This document shows positions 43,301-57,660 of a stretch of DNA of 64,000 bases, piece after piece (position 1 is the stretch's first letter; each line of letters opens with the position of its first letter). The position numbers and the translations under genes were made by a program. Under the pieces are notes generated by a model. The model was given only the letters and a program-made list of their open reading frames with translations. It did no database searches and was not told the DNA's origin. The DNA is from Chrysomallon squamiferum (Eukaryota; Animalia; Mollusca), in assembly GCA_012295275.1 (NCBI GenBank), contig CM022678.1, forward strand, positions 124,001 to 188,000, in the 5' to 3' direction.

Positions 43301-46300
43301 ACCCATATTACTTTGTCCAGAACACAGCCAAACATCAATATAAACTGCAAGAAGGAAACTAGTAATAATAACAACAACTAATATTAACTTACGTTTTTCA
43401 AAGTAAAACCCATATTACTTTGTCCAGAACACAGCCAAACATCAATATAAACTGCAAGAAGGAAACTAGTAATAATAACAACAACTAATATTAACTTACG
43501 TTTTTCAAGGTAAAACCCATATTACTTTGTCCAGAACACAGCCAAACATCAATATAAACTGCAAGAAGGAAACTAGTAATAATAACAACAAGAACTAATA
43601 TTAACTTACATTCTTCAAGGTAAAACCTATATTACTTTGTCCAGAACACAGCCAAACATCAATATAAACTGCAAGAAGGAAACTAGTAATAATAATAACA
43701 ACAACAACTAATATTAACTTAACTTAAGTTTTTCAAGGTAAAACCCATATTACTTTGTCCAGAACACAGCCAAACATCAATATAAACTGTAAGAAGCGAA
43801 ACTAAACTAGTAATAATAACAACAAGAACTAATATTAACTTAACTTTTTTTTGCAAGGTAAAACCCATATTACTTTGTCCAGAACACAGCCAAAACATCA
43901 ATAATAAAACTGCAAGAAGGAAACTAGTAATAATAACAACAAAAATACTAATATTAACTTACGTTTTTCAAAGTAAAACCCATATTACTTTGTCCAGAAC
44001 ACAGCCAAACATCAATATAAACTGCAAGAAGGAAACTAGTAATAATAACAACAACAAGAACTAATATTAACTTACGTTTTTCAAGGTAAAACCCATATTA
44101 CTTTGTCCAGAACACAGCCAAACATCAATATAAACTGCAAGAAGGAAACTAGTAATAATAACAACAACAACAACTAATATTAACTTACGTTTTTCAAGGT
44201 AAAACCCATATTACTTTGTCCAGAACACAGCCAAACATCAATATAAACTGCAAGAAGGAAACTAGTAATAATAACAACAACAACTAATATTAACTTACGT
44301 TTTTCAAGGTAAAACCCATATTACTTTGTCCAGAACACAGCCAAACATCAATATAAACTGCAAGAAGGAAACTAGTAATAATAACAACAAGAACTAATAT
44401 TAACTTACGTTTTTCAAGGTAAAACCCATATTACTTTGTCCAGAAACATCAATATAAACACAAAACATCAATATAAACTGCAAGAAGGAAACTAGTAATA
44501 ATAACAAACTGCAACAAGAACTAATATTAACAACAACGTTTTAACAAGTTTTTCAAAACCCACCCATATTACTTTGTCCAGAACACAGCCAAACATCAAT
44601 ATAAACTGCAAGAAGGAAACTAGTAATAATAACAACAACAAGAACTAATATTAACTTAAGTTTTTCAAGGTAAAACCCATATTACTTTGTCCAGAACACA
44701 GCCAAACATCAATATAAACTGTAAGAAGGAAACTAGTAATAATAACAACAAGAACTAATATTAACTTACGTTTTTCAAGGTAAAACCCATATTACTTTGT
44801 CCAGAACACAGCCAAACATCAATATAAACTGCAAGAAGGAAACTAGTAATAATAACAACAACTAATATTAATATTAACGTTTTTTTCAAGTAAAACCCAT
44901 ATTACTTTGTCCAGAACACAGCCAAACATCAATATAAACTGCAAGAAGGAAACTAGTAATAATAACAACAACAACTAATATTAACTTACGTTTTTCAAGG
45001 TAAAACCCATATTACTTTGTCCAGAACACAGCCAAACATCAATATAAACTGCAAGAAGGAAACTAGTAATAATAACAACAAGAACTAATATTAACTTACG
45101 TTTTTCAAGGTAAAACCCATATTACTTTGTCCAGAACACAGCCAAACATCAATATAAACTGCAAGAAGGAAACTAGTAATAATAACAACAACAAGAACTA
45201 ATATTAACTTACGTTTTTCAAGGTAAAACCCATATTACTTTGTCCAGAACACAGCCAAACATCAATATAAACTGTAAGAAGGAAACTAGTAATAATAACA
45301 ACAAGAACTAATATTAACTTACGTTTTTCAAGGTAAAACCCATATTACTTTGTCCAGAACACAGCCAAACATCAATATAAACTGCAAGAAGGAAACTAGT
45401 AATAATAACAACAACAACAACTAATATTAACTTACGTTTTTCAAAGTAAAACCCATATTACTTTGTCCAGAACACAGCCAAACATCAATATAAACTGCAA
45501 GAAGGAAACTAGTAATAATAACAACAACAACAAGAACTAATATTAACTTACGTTTTTCAAGGTAAAACCCATATTACTTTGTCCAGAACACAGCCAAACA
45601 TCAATATAAACTGCAAGAAGGAAACTAGTAATAATAACAACAACTAATATTAACTTACGTTTTTCAAAGTAAAACCCATATTACTTTGTCCAGAACACAG
45701 CCAAACATCAATATAAACTGCAAGAAGGAAACTAGTAATAATAACAACAACAACTACTAATATTAACTTACGTTTTTCAAAGTAAAACCCATATTACTTT
45801 GTCCAGAACACAGCCAAACATCAATATAAACTGCAAGAAGGAAACTAGTAATAATAACAACAACTAATATTAACTTACGTTTTTCAAGGTAAAATCCATA
45901 TTACTTTGTCCAGAACACAGCCAAACATCAATATAAACTGCAAGAAGGAAACTAGTAATAATAGCAACAAGAACTAATATTAACTTACATTCTTCAAGGT
46001 AAAACCTATATTACTTTGTCCAGAACACAGCCAAACATCAATATAAACTGCAAGAAGGAAACTAGTAATAATAACAACAACAAGAACTAATATTAACTTA
46101 AGTTTTTCAAGGTAAAACCCATATTACTTTGTCCAGAACACAGCCAAACATCAATATAAACTGTAAGAAGGAAACTAGTAATAATAACAACAAGAACTAA
46201 TATTAACATACGTTTTTCAAGGTAAAACCCATATTACTTTGTCCAGAACACAGCCAAACATCAATATAAACTGCAAGAAGGAAACTAGTAATAATAACAA

Positions 46301-47626
46301 CAACAACAACTAATATTAACTTACGTTTTTCAAGGTAAAACCCATATTACTTTGTCCAGAACACAGCCAAACATCAATATAAACTGCAAGAAGGAAACTA
46401 GTAATAATAACAACAACAACTAATATTAACTTACGTTTTTCAAGGTAAAACCCATATTACTTTGTCCAGAACACAGCCAAACATCAATATAAACTGCAAG
46501 AAGGAAACTAGTAATAATAACAACAACAACAACTAATATTAACTTACGTTTTTCAAGGTAAAACCCATATTACTTTGTCCAGAACACAGCCAAACATCAA
46601 TATAAACTGCAAGAAGGAAACTAGTAATAATAACAACAACAAGAACTAATATTAACTTACGTTTTTCAAGGTAAAACCCATATTACTTTGTCCAGAACAC
46701 AGCCAAACATCAATATAAACTGTAAGAAGGAAACTAGTAATAATAAATAATAACAAGAACTAATATTAACTTACGTTTTTCAAGGTAAAACCCATATTAC
46801 TTTGTCCAGAACACAGCCAAAGATCAATATAAACTGCAAGAAGGAAAGTAGTAATAATAACAATAACAACAACAACTAATATTAACTTACGTTTTTCAAG
46901 GTAAAACCCATATTACTTTGTCCAGAACACAGCCAAACATCAATATAAACTGCAAGAAGGAAACTAGTAATAATAACAACAACAAGAACTAATATTAACT
47001 TACGTTTTTCAAGGTAAAACCCATATTACTTTGTCCAGAACACAGCCAAACATCAATATAAACTGTAAGAAGGAAACTAGTAATAATAACAACAAGAACT
47101 AATATTAACTTACGTTTTTCAAGGTAAAACCCATATTACTTTGTCCAGAACACAGCCAAACATCGCCAAACAAAACGTCGTGGATGGTTGTGTGTCCTTC
47201 GCTGGATTTAGCTGTGATGGTGAACGGACCATGCGCAGTGATGGCCGGAAGTTTGACTTTCCAGATTCCATGAGAAGCATGCGGGTCTTGAACGACGTTG
47301 GCAGTGACGTGGCCATGTCCGCTGACTGTCACAGTGACTGTGTCGCCGACGTTGTCCGCTGTCCCCCAGATGACAGCGCGCTGAGGACCACGCTGAAGGA
47401 CCACGTGATTACCGTAATAAGACGCAAACTTTAGAGCGGCAAGAGATGCTAAAAAACATGGAGGTAAGACCTACTACTACTACTACAACTACAACGACAG
47501 CTACTGCTACTACCACCACCACCACTACCACCACCACTACTACTGCCACTACCACCGCCACCACTACTACTACTACCACTACCACCACCACTCCTACCAC
47601 TACCACCACCACCACCACTACTACTA

Positions 47627-47657
<31 letters not shown>

Positions 47658-47859
47658 CACTACTACTACTACTACCACCACTACTACTACTACTACCACT
47701 ACCACCACCACCACTACTACTACTACCACTACCACTACCACCACCACCACCACCACCACTACTACTACTACTACTACACTACTACTACTACTACCACTAC
47801 TACTACCACTACTACTATCACTACTATTACTACTACCACTACCATCACCACTACTACTA

Positions 47860-47908
<49 letters not shown>

Positions 47909-48079
47909 CACTACCACCACCACCACCACTACTACTACTACCACTACTACTACCACTAGTACTACTACTACTATTACTACTACTACTACCACTATTATTA
48001 CTACCACTACTACTACTACTATTTTTACTGTAATACCCATACCCGTAATTTGGCACAAGAGTAAGAAAACTTCCCACAT
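34116..48079 (-). CDS. SIAE: Sialate O-acetylesterase (SGNH family, secreted/lysosomal), 9 exons, about 493 aa
   Basis: GT-AG exons: 48043-48079, 47114-47448, 38322-38456, 37438-37600, 36815-36900, 36080-36210, 35485-35642, 34760-34961, 34116-34349. Motifs: [71 protein letters not shown]. All splice phases match except the exon 2/3 junction, which is one base short (total 1481 nt). Confidence 0.9.
34760..34961 (-). CDS. SIAE: SIAE exon 8
   Basis: [23 protein letters not shown]...QGPFP; AG/GT boundaries, phase 2-0. Confidence 0.9.
35485..35642 (-). CDS. SIAE: SIAE exon 7
   Basis: LAANAH...[10 protein letters not shown]...[13 protein letters not shown]; phase 0-2. Confidence 0.9.
36080..36210 (-). 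CDS. SIAE: SIAE exon 6
   Basis: [26 protein letters not shown]; phase 1-0. Confidence 0.9.
36815..36900 (-). CDS. SIAE: SIAE exon 5
   Basis: [28 protein letters not shown]; phase 2-1. Confidence 0.9.
36957..37135. repeat. 25-bp minisatellite, about 7 copies, in SIAE intron 4
   Basis: Unit agactgtttgtgtaaatataaattt. Confidence 0.9.
37438..37600 (-). CDS. SIAE: SIAE exon 4
   Basis: [33 protein letters not shown]; phase 1-2. Confidence 0.9.
38322..38456 (-). CDS. SIAE: SIAE exon 3
   Basis: [33 protein letters not shown], resembling vertebrate IFNATREL..YQSVRI..WSKP as recalled; 5' end is one nt short of frame. Confidence 0.8.
38802..47164 (-). repeat. About 110-bp tandem array (about 70-75 copies) of the SIAE exon 2 3' end plus intron 2 start
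   Basis: Minus-strand unit: gtaagttaatattag(ttg/tta)n ctagtttccttcttgcag tttatatt GATGTTTGGCTGTGTTCTGGACAAAGTAATATGGGTTTTACCTTGAAAAAC; the upper-case part is identical to exon 2 codons [17 protein letters not shown]. Confidence 0.97.
47114..47448 (-). CDS. SIAE: SIAE exon 2 (contains the catalytic GQSN serine)
   Basis: [28 protein letters not shown]...[22 protein letters not shown]|gtaag; phase 1-0. Confidence 0.93.
47471..48021. repeat. (ACT/ACC)n compound trinucleotide repeat filling most of SIAE intron 1
   Basis: Directly visible. Confidence 0.95.
48043..48079 (-). CDS. SIAE: SIAE coding exon 1 (signal peptide)
   Basis: [16 protein letters not shown]|gtatgg; phase 1 joins exon 2 to give the hydrophobic leader [16 protein letters not shown]. 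An upstream in-frame ATG is also possible. Confidence 0.7.
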
Positions 48080-48450
48080 TAGAGTAAGTTTTCTCATATA
48101 AGATTTGGGGAATGGAATTAAGCTATGAGAATTTATAACATGGTTTTGGGAGTTCACAGCTGTACTTACTAATCAGAGTAAATTTGAGATAATACAACAT
48201 ATATAACGATTATCACATGTGATACAAGATGTATCTCACAGATAAGATTATCACTGCTATATATATGCAGACTTGACGTTACTCTTATCTGTGTGTAGAC
48301 ATCTGGACTGTTTTCCAGTTTCTTAGTTTCAAAAAGATAAATACAGAAATAAAATAATAAATAATAGTAAGAAGAAGAAGAAGACAAAAAGCGAAAGTAG
48401 AAAAAATAACCACATTATCATTATAATAATAACTATTATTATTAATGTTG

Positions 48451-48497
<47 letters not shown>

Positions 48498-48771
48498 GTT
48501 ATTGTTGTTGTTGTTGTTGTTGTCGAGGTTGTAATGTTCGTACTATTACCGTTTTGTTTTTTACTTTGTGAAATACAGACGCATGGAAAGTGTCATTCTT
48601 GATGTTATTTAGTACAGACTTTCCTTTTCTCAACTGTATTTACCATAGCATACATGTCAGACACACACAAACACACACAAATACAAACAGCAAGAATTAG
48701 AGATATAGACATACGCAAACACACACTCAGAAAGACACACAAACACACACAGATATATACGCAAAAGATAC

Positions 48772-48916
<145 letters not shown>

Positions 48917-50843
48917 TTTTAGAAGATTAGTTCTTCAGGTTCATTCAGGTGTACAGATGAGGTGTGATGCAAATCTTTTAAGTGTCACTTTTATTAAAAG
49001 GAATACAATATCACAAATATACTCAAACTTGAAATATAATTGTAAATTTCATACATTTTATTAATTTGATGACTAATTAATCTAATCTCTCTCTTTCTGA
49101 GCTAAACAAATGTGTGTGTATAACAAATCTCAAGGAGTAAAATTATTATTTTCTCTCAGCATAACTAAATTGATTTCCTGATGTTATTTATTTTATGAAG
49201 TGTGGTGATAATCTGCTGCTGATTCGCGCTCTGTTTATCTACAGCTTCGTGAATAAATGCAGAGAGAAGTGGACGGAATTTTTACTTAGCGCCATTTAAT
49301 AGGTTATTTTGTATCTTTTTTGTTCTATTTCTTATAGCTTTTCACATCTCATTCGATTTCTTTACTGAAGCGAAACTTACTATGCTGATTGTTTGCAGGT
49401 TTGAATAATAACAAATATACGAGTGTTTTATAATTGTCGAGGTCACACTCGACACACAGTCATATTGAAGATGTGATCGTTTTATTAAGTAATGAAATAA
49501 ACTACTTTGCAGTTAAAACAAATACAACACAAACGTGCATTTAAATTTGTCCCGTTTTTCTCAGACTTTACATCCGTAATAAGCCAATTACTTAGAAAAA
49601 TAAGTTAATTTTAGAAAGTTTTTTTATAACTGTCAGGATAATATTTAATATACGTTTTATTTTAATAAAGCATTAATGTCATAGGTTAGGGCTAGGTTAA
49701 CATTAGTGTCGTATTTAGTTTTAATTTTATGGTTAGAGTTAGGTTAGTATTATACTTAAAATTAAAGTTAGCGTTGGCATTATCGTTAGGGGTTAGATCT
49801 GGTAAGATTTAGTTATCTGTTTACCATATGACTAGGGTTAAAGTTAGTATTATGGTTAGGCTTAATGTTGGCTTGTATGCAGATGGCGCTAGATACAAGA
49901 TTGGACGTCCCCATGTTGGCATCTACGTCCTCAGCCTTCCCTAGATACATGCTAGTAAGGACGTATGTGAAATTGTACTTTTCACGGAAACAGGCACGTC
50001 GGTTCATTTCGGCGTCACTCGGTAGGTTTCAAGTCGGCGACTGGAAAAGAAACGTGAACTCGTGACGTCATCGGAGCTCGATACAAGATTAGAAGTAAAG
50101 TTGTTTTAACAATGCACTGGGCAGCGTCCGGTCAGCTTCTACGTCTGCAAACACGTCACGTGTTATTTTATAGCAAAAAAAATATTAATAGTATTTTAAT
50201 GTGAGTTATTTGACGTCAGCTGTTAGAAGATGATAACAAGATGATAACGAGGTTTCTACATACGTTCATAATGTAGTGAAAATATTTATCGTACTTCAAA
50301 AATGTATTTATTCAGTATATGCAGTTTTTAATTATAGTCTTTCAATACTTTTGACATACTTAAAACAGATTCAACTCAGACATTCCTTTCAAAAACTATC
50401 TTTTAATTTATTGTTTTAAATAATTGTAGTAATATACCAGAGTAAAATATTTCAGTTTTTAACAGTGATATTGAAAATGTTAAATTGTGCACACATGAAT
50501 ATAGGCAGCACTGAATCATTAACATCCAATATGGCGTCTGATGTATTTCTATTACCTAGTGCATTGCCTTGTTTGTGAATTCAATAAATAATTCAATAAA
50601 TAATAATAAATAAATAAAATAATAAAATAAAACTAAATAAATAAATAAATAAATAAATAAAACTATATTCTGACCATTCTGATTATAAAACGGTTTTATA
50701 AATTTCTCAGCAGTTATATTCAGGTGTTAAATCTCAGTAATGCACTTCTAAAAAATCTTCCGCTTCTGTGAAACAGCCATTTGTGAGATGTACGTAAAAA
50801 CAAGAAAAAACTGAAATGTATTACTTCATTAACAGGTTATGAC

Positions 50844-50880
<37 letters not shown>

Positions 50881-50910
50881 TTCCAACAATCGCTCTATTT
50901 TTAAGCACAA

Positions 50911-50945
<35 letters not shown>

Positions 50946-51018
50946 ATATATATACACACATTTTTTTCACTTTCAAAGGTAAATTAGAATCATATGCTAG
51001 CAGATTCTTTTATTTATT

Positions 51019-51128
<110 letters not shown>

Positions 51129-51383
51129 ATCTCTCTTAGTGAAGCAGCCGTGAGGTTGCCATGACAACTCATACAATGCATTACTCAATTGGAGTGTGTT
51201 TTTCTTGAACAATACAGGAAATTTACTTTATCTAATAAAGAAAACAAAAGTAATATACATTTATAAAATATATTTATTATGTTAATTGAATTACAATACA
51301 CTCTGTAATAATAATTGTTATTTTAAAATACTAGCAGTTTAATGGACTTTTACTATCAAGGGTTACTTACTTAGGTATCATCC

Positions 51384-51782
51384 CATTTGTTACACATCCA
51401 TTTGTCACAGACCTTGTAACAAAACAGTTCATAATCGAGTGAACTGGTAAATCAGATGCAATTGATCCGTATTACAATTTATCAGAATTAAAAAAAAAAA
51501 AAAAAAAAAAAAAACTTTAAACAAAGCAGTTTAAAGTTGTTTCATTTAGTTGTATTGGAAAGTTGTTTAATTCCCATCGCTAATCCCAACCAAAACAACA
51601 GCTTAAGACAAAGGCACTATCACGTGACTTGCACAACCAACCAGACCAAGTATTTTGTTAATCTGATTTCCTGTTTCTAAAAGTGAAACCAAAAATATCT
51701 TGTGACAATCGTTGAGCAAACTTACTGTCGCACAAAAAGTACATAAAGTATATATACAGATCTCAATTATATAAAAATTAGG

Positions 51783-51820
<38 letters not shown>

Positions 51821-51950
51821 CACATTTCCTAATTTCTTTCTATTTGATTATTCTCATTGTATTTAGTAACTGAATAAAATGAAAAGTTAATATTATACAA
51901 ATTGGCTTAATTAGTTCTTCAGCTGTAAGAACTTTGGTGTGTAACAAATG
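51384..51950. mobile_element. Possible MITE
   Basis: Inverted 13-mers catttgttacaca (51384) and tgtgtaacaaatg (ending 51950) around an AT-rich interior; no TSD identified. Confidence 0.4.
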
Positions 51951-52018
51951 AGAGACAAACAGCATTTGTCCAGTTTATCCATTAATCAAAGACACGGTTA
52001 ATTATAAACCCAAAGGCT

Positions 52019-52244
52019 GAACATTGATCTACACTTAGTTGATAACAAATATACAGAAGCTGACATATTTCATACATTATTTATGTAACAGTGGCATAAC
52101 CAGCAAAGGTTAGCACATTAAACAATACTTTTTGTTTGTTTTTATTTTATTTTTTATGTAACAGAAAAACAAACAAGTAAATTAAAAGTAAATCACTAAA
52201 AAGTCTTTTTTCATTCAATAATAATAATGATAATAATAATAATA

Positions 52245-52307
<63 letters not shown>

Positions 52308-52736
52308 GCAATAAAATCAATAAAAAAATCATTAATAATAGAATCATTTTTTATTATATTTTATTTATTTATTTATTTATTTACTTTTAAATCTAAAATT
52401 ACCGCACATAATAAAACAAAAGTTCAAAATTCAATAATAATAATAATAACAATAATAATAATAGTGAACATTGATCTACACTTAGTTGATACACAAAAAA
52501 TAAAGGCAGTTTGCACACTGTACAATGCCAACTACAACAAATATACAGAAGCTGACACATTTCATACATTATTTATGTAACAGTGGCATAACCAGCAAAG
52601 GTTAACACATTACACGATACCTTTTGTTTGTTTTTATTTTCTGTTTTATGTAACAGAAAAACAAACAAGTAAATTAAAAGTAAATCACTAAAAAGTGTTT
52701 GTTCATTCAATAATAATAATGATAAAAATAATAATA

Positions 52737-52805
<69 letters not shown>

Positions 52806-52965
52806 GCAATAAAATCAATACAAAAATAATAAATAATAGAATATTTTTTTATTATATTTTATTTATTTATTTATTTACTTTTAAATCTAAAATTACCTCA
52901 CATAATAAAACAAAAGTTCAAAATTCAATAATAATAATAATAATAATAACAATAATAATAATACT
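52019..52965. repeat. Two-copy tandem duplication (about 450-490 bp units)
   Basis: gaacattgatctacacttagttgat begins at 52019 and 52466 with near-identical downstream sequence; the second copy has about 43 bp extra. Confidence 0.9.
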
Positions 52966-52995
52966 AATAATAACAATAATAACAATAACAATAAC

Positions 52996-53028
<33 letters not shown>

Positions 53029-53819
53029 TTATACAGTACAATTATTCAACGTAATTTAAGGATCAGAAATTAGACCAAATAATTTTTAATAATAATACTA
53101 GTGATGACAAAACAAGTTGCCAAGAAAAAAAGAAAAATGTTTAATGGAATAAAAAAAGTATAAATTTTGCTCCTCACGATAACATCATACAGTATTTAAT
53201 AATAAGTTTAAAAAATGCATAATTTAATAACAAAATGATTTTATGTATGAAATAATTTCTACAAGGAAAGAAACATCAAGACAGGCCAAAAACCAGTTTA
53301 TACAAAACAATCATTCAGTGTAAACATTAAAATCATTTTTAATAATAATAATAATTCATCACAAAAAAATGTAATTTCATGCAAGATTTTTACAAATAAC
53401 ATGAATCAGTTTTTACTTCACTCATAGTTCAAACAGATATATGTAAACATTAAATAAAAATAATCCTATTTTTAACTTACATTTACTTTAATAATTATTC
53501 ACTATTTTACAGCTATTAAATAGATAACTGTAAATATTAATTAAAATAATCCTAATTTAAACTTAAATTTACTTTACTAATTATTTAATATTTACAATTA
53601 TTAAATAAATAAATGTAAACATTAGAAACTACAATTTTTTCTAATTTAAACTTAAATTTACTATATTAATTATTCGCTATTTTATAGTCATATGTAGACA
53701 TTCTTAAATAAATATATTCCTAATATATACTTACATTTATTATTTATCGAATATTTTATAATTATTAAACACACACAGATATATATATATATATATATTT
53801 CCTCATCCCCATAATTATA

Positions 53820-53851
<32 letters not shown>

Positions 53852-54421
53852 AAACACTATAATAGTTATCTGTGTTATATGTCAAAAAGAAATAAGGGTA
53901 TGAAAATATTAAGTGTACATTACAATGCATTGTTCTCTAACTATTAAATATGTAAATGCAGATAAAATGTATTGAAAATGAAAACTTTACATTTTCTTTA
54001 TTAATTTTGTTACTGTCTGTTTTCTAATGAAAACTTAGTCAAATTTAAACATTATGTGAAACTATTTCCTTATTAATAAGAGGAAACAAATGCAGATATT
54101 TTCTTTGTTATGACAATAAGTTATGAAACGAACAGTAAAAAAGTGTATATATACATACACACACATGCACACATCATAATTATAAACATAATAACATATT
54201 TAGTAACTACAAATCTATATATAGGTGTATATATGATAATATAATACATATTAAAAAGTATTACAATTTATTTATTAAATACAAACATTTTATCAAATGT
54301 CTATAAAAATCTTATATTAAACATTGTAATAGTAGTTCACTTGCTATAAACACAGTGAACATATTTAGTAACTACAGATCTATTTTTTAAAAAGAAAAAA
54401 GAATTATATATATATATATAT

Positions 54422-54469
<48 letters not shown>

Positions 54470-57400
54470 ATATATTAAAAATATTACAATATATTTATAA
54501 AAAACAAAACTTTTATAAAATAAGACTATAAAATTTATATTGAACATTGTAGTACTAGTTCACTTGCCATAAACACAGTGAAAATATTTAGTTCTACAGA
54601 ACTATTTTGTTATAAAATAAAAATGTTAATAAACATTACATTAGTCTAAACACAGTAAAACATTCATTTAGCATGACAGAACTATTTTGTAAAGTAAACA
54701 AAAAATCCTTTGCATTTAACATTAATACACAATTTTACTTAGTAAAAACAATATAAGACAGCACTATTTTATAAAGTAAAACCTATGTATTTTACAAATC
54801 ATGCACTCAACATTAAAACACAACTTTAATTAAAACATCCAGTTTAACAGATATGTTCACACATGAACAGCAACACAAGTAATAATCAAGTCATCATGAA
54901 TAAAAACTGTCTAACTTTTCACTGACTGAATAACCAGATGAAAATTAACATCAGTATTAGTATTGTTGTATTATTATTATTAACCCTGACTTATCTAAAC
55001 ATCTTTTTAAACTGAATTGGGTAATAAATCCCCCAAAGTGTTTGAGTGAAAAGTAAAAATCAAGTGAAAATTACGTAACGATGCACAGTATTATATTATT
55101 TCTTCTTACGTATAAATACAAACAGACAACACAGTATTTAAACAGAAACAAAAGACTATACAACAGGAATACAACAAATTATACAGTTTGGTACAATATT
55201 TCAATAGATACAATATATTATACAATATGGTAATACAATATTTGTACAGAAATAGAAACTATACCATACATCAATACAATCTTTGAACTGATAAAATAGA
55301 CTTTAACATACATTAATACAATATTTCAACAGATGTAATAGTTATACAATATCTGTACAGAAACAAAAACTACATTAATAGAATACTTGAATAAATACAA
55401 GAGACTATAATATGGTAATACCTGTATATAAACCAGAAACTGCACCAAACATTATTTAAATAGAAACAGCAGAGTACGCAGTATGGCAATGCAGTATCTG
55501 AATAGAAACAATTTACAGTATCTACATATGGGCCACTCCATGGTATTTGATCCATGGTATCCAAATTTTAAAATGATCCACTAAACTAAGAATTTATTGA
55601 TAATGAAACTTAACACCATTAACAGTTTAAAAGTATGTTGTAATTAACAGTTTACATTGTTTTATGAAAGTTAAAATCATTAAACATGTAAAAGTATGTT
55701 GTTATTAACAGTTTACTTCTGTTTTATGAAAGTTAAAATCATTAAGCATGTAAAAATATGTTGTTATTAACAGTTTACTTCTGTTTTATGCTTTTTAATG
55801 ACATTTGTATTTGGAAAATGTAAACTGTAAGACGTGATGTGACATTTGTTTTTTTCAGTAATGTTTCATTAATATTATATCCACATGTTAAACTAGGTGT
55901 GAAGACAACATATTCACAATATACAGTGTAATGAAAAACCTATTTTTGCCTTCTTTAATGTCACAATTTGTGTTTGTAATTAATTTGCAAAACATATAAT
56001 GTCACGTCCTGGCTACTTTGACATATAAAAGTTAATATTATTTAAGAAATATTCTTAAGAAATAAAAAATATTTTTCAATTTTCCTCCTACTCAAGAGGA
56101 ACAAACTAATTAGAAGCTATGTAAGTAGTTTACTTGTGGTTTTTAACAAAGTGACAGTCTGAGCCAGGATGTGACAAACAAGAAAATACAAATGTACAGC
56201 AGTTATCAGACATCCTGTAAGCAGTGAACTGAACAAAGAACTTTTTTTATCAGTCCTACAGATTAATAATATATTTCACATGTTAAACAGGTGTGCAGAG
56301 AGAAGAAAATAATGAATTTATGACCAGAACAGTGTAAAATAAAAAAGAAGAAAAGATTTTAGAATTCCTTAATTCAAATTTGTCTTTGAAAGAAAAATAC
56401 AACAAAAAAATAAAATGACAGTCCTGGATACTTTGACATATAAAAATTAATTTATTTAACAGAAATATTCAAAGAAAAAAAAAAAAGATTTTCAGAGAGG
56501 AAACAAAAACAAAGATTATGGACAAACTAATTAGAAACTATGTAAAACAAAACATGGACAAGTAAATGGTTAAAAAGCTAATAAAACAATTACTTATGGA
56601 CAAGTGACAAACAATAAAACAATTACTTATGGACAAGTAAGGTAGATGTGTTAATCTAATAAAACAATTACTTATGAACTGAGTAAGATGTGTTAATCTA
56701 ATAAAACAATTAAGACATATGGACAAGTAAGGTATTAATAAAACAATTATGGACAACAGTGCAATCTAATAAAACAATTACCTATCACAAGTAAGATATG
56801 TGTTTGGCTAATAAAACAATTACTTATGAACAAGTAAGATAGATGTGTTGCAGAATAAAAATGTCTTTAAAGACAAGAATAATCAAAGTTTTAAGAATTA
56901 AACAAATTACTTATGAACAAAATAATGTCAAGCTTATAAAAAAACACTTGAGGAAAAAGAATAAAAAACTGTTTTAAGACATTGGACAAATTGCCACATC
57001 TGAAAAAACTTAACTTTTAGAACCACAAAACATTTCAACATGGGCAGAGTGGGGAAACTACTACATGTTTTAAAACAGTGATGTCTAAATTTTGTCATGG
57101 ACAAGTAAGGTTTTTTACTTTTAAATTTCTGGTAAAATATTACGTCAGACAAAAACATATATGACTTACTTATAGTAGCATGTTCATTGTCTCTATAAAA
57201 GGCCAAACATCAATCTATGAAGAGAGATTTTAGTGATTAAAGAGTGAACATGTCACCTCCTGGCTGAAATTCTTACCACGGAATGACACACCAGACTACA
57301 CAGCAATAGCTACACAAACTTACACTGGCTTTAACTCTTCATCACAATGTATTAGTTCACTCATTTCATTTTGAAAATGTGGTCTGGCTCCTGTATCAGT

Positions 57401-57660
57401 AATTATGAGTTTGAATTGAAAATTTAAAACACAATTAAATACACTGACACAAGATTACATTAAAAATAATTACAAATGAAACAGTTCAAAATGAAATCAT
57501 GTCAGAAGTAAAACTGTCTCAGGATGAAGATCAAATTTGTACGACAGGAATTACAAACAAAATTTAGATTTCTTCACAACAATTATTCTCGTTTTTTTAA
57601 TTTCTGCACAATTTAAAAATGTTCTCATAAGGTAATCCTCCACTGAAAGTGACAGTCGGT

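Noticed and set aside
38802-47164. CRISPR-like array
   Set aside because: No unique spacers or cas genes; eukaryotic context; the units are copies of the adjacent exon/intron junction.
47409-48157. Poly-Thr/Ser/Val mucin-like ORFs
   Set aside because: By-products of an (ACT/ACC)n microsatellite inside SIAE intron 1; only 48043-48079 is plausibly coding.
51155-51168. RFX X-box-like GTTGCCATGACAAC
   Set aside because: A single motif with no linked TSS evidence; not enough to call a regulatory site.
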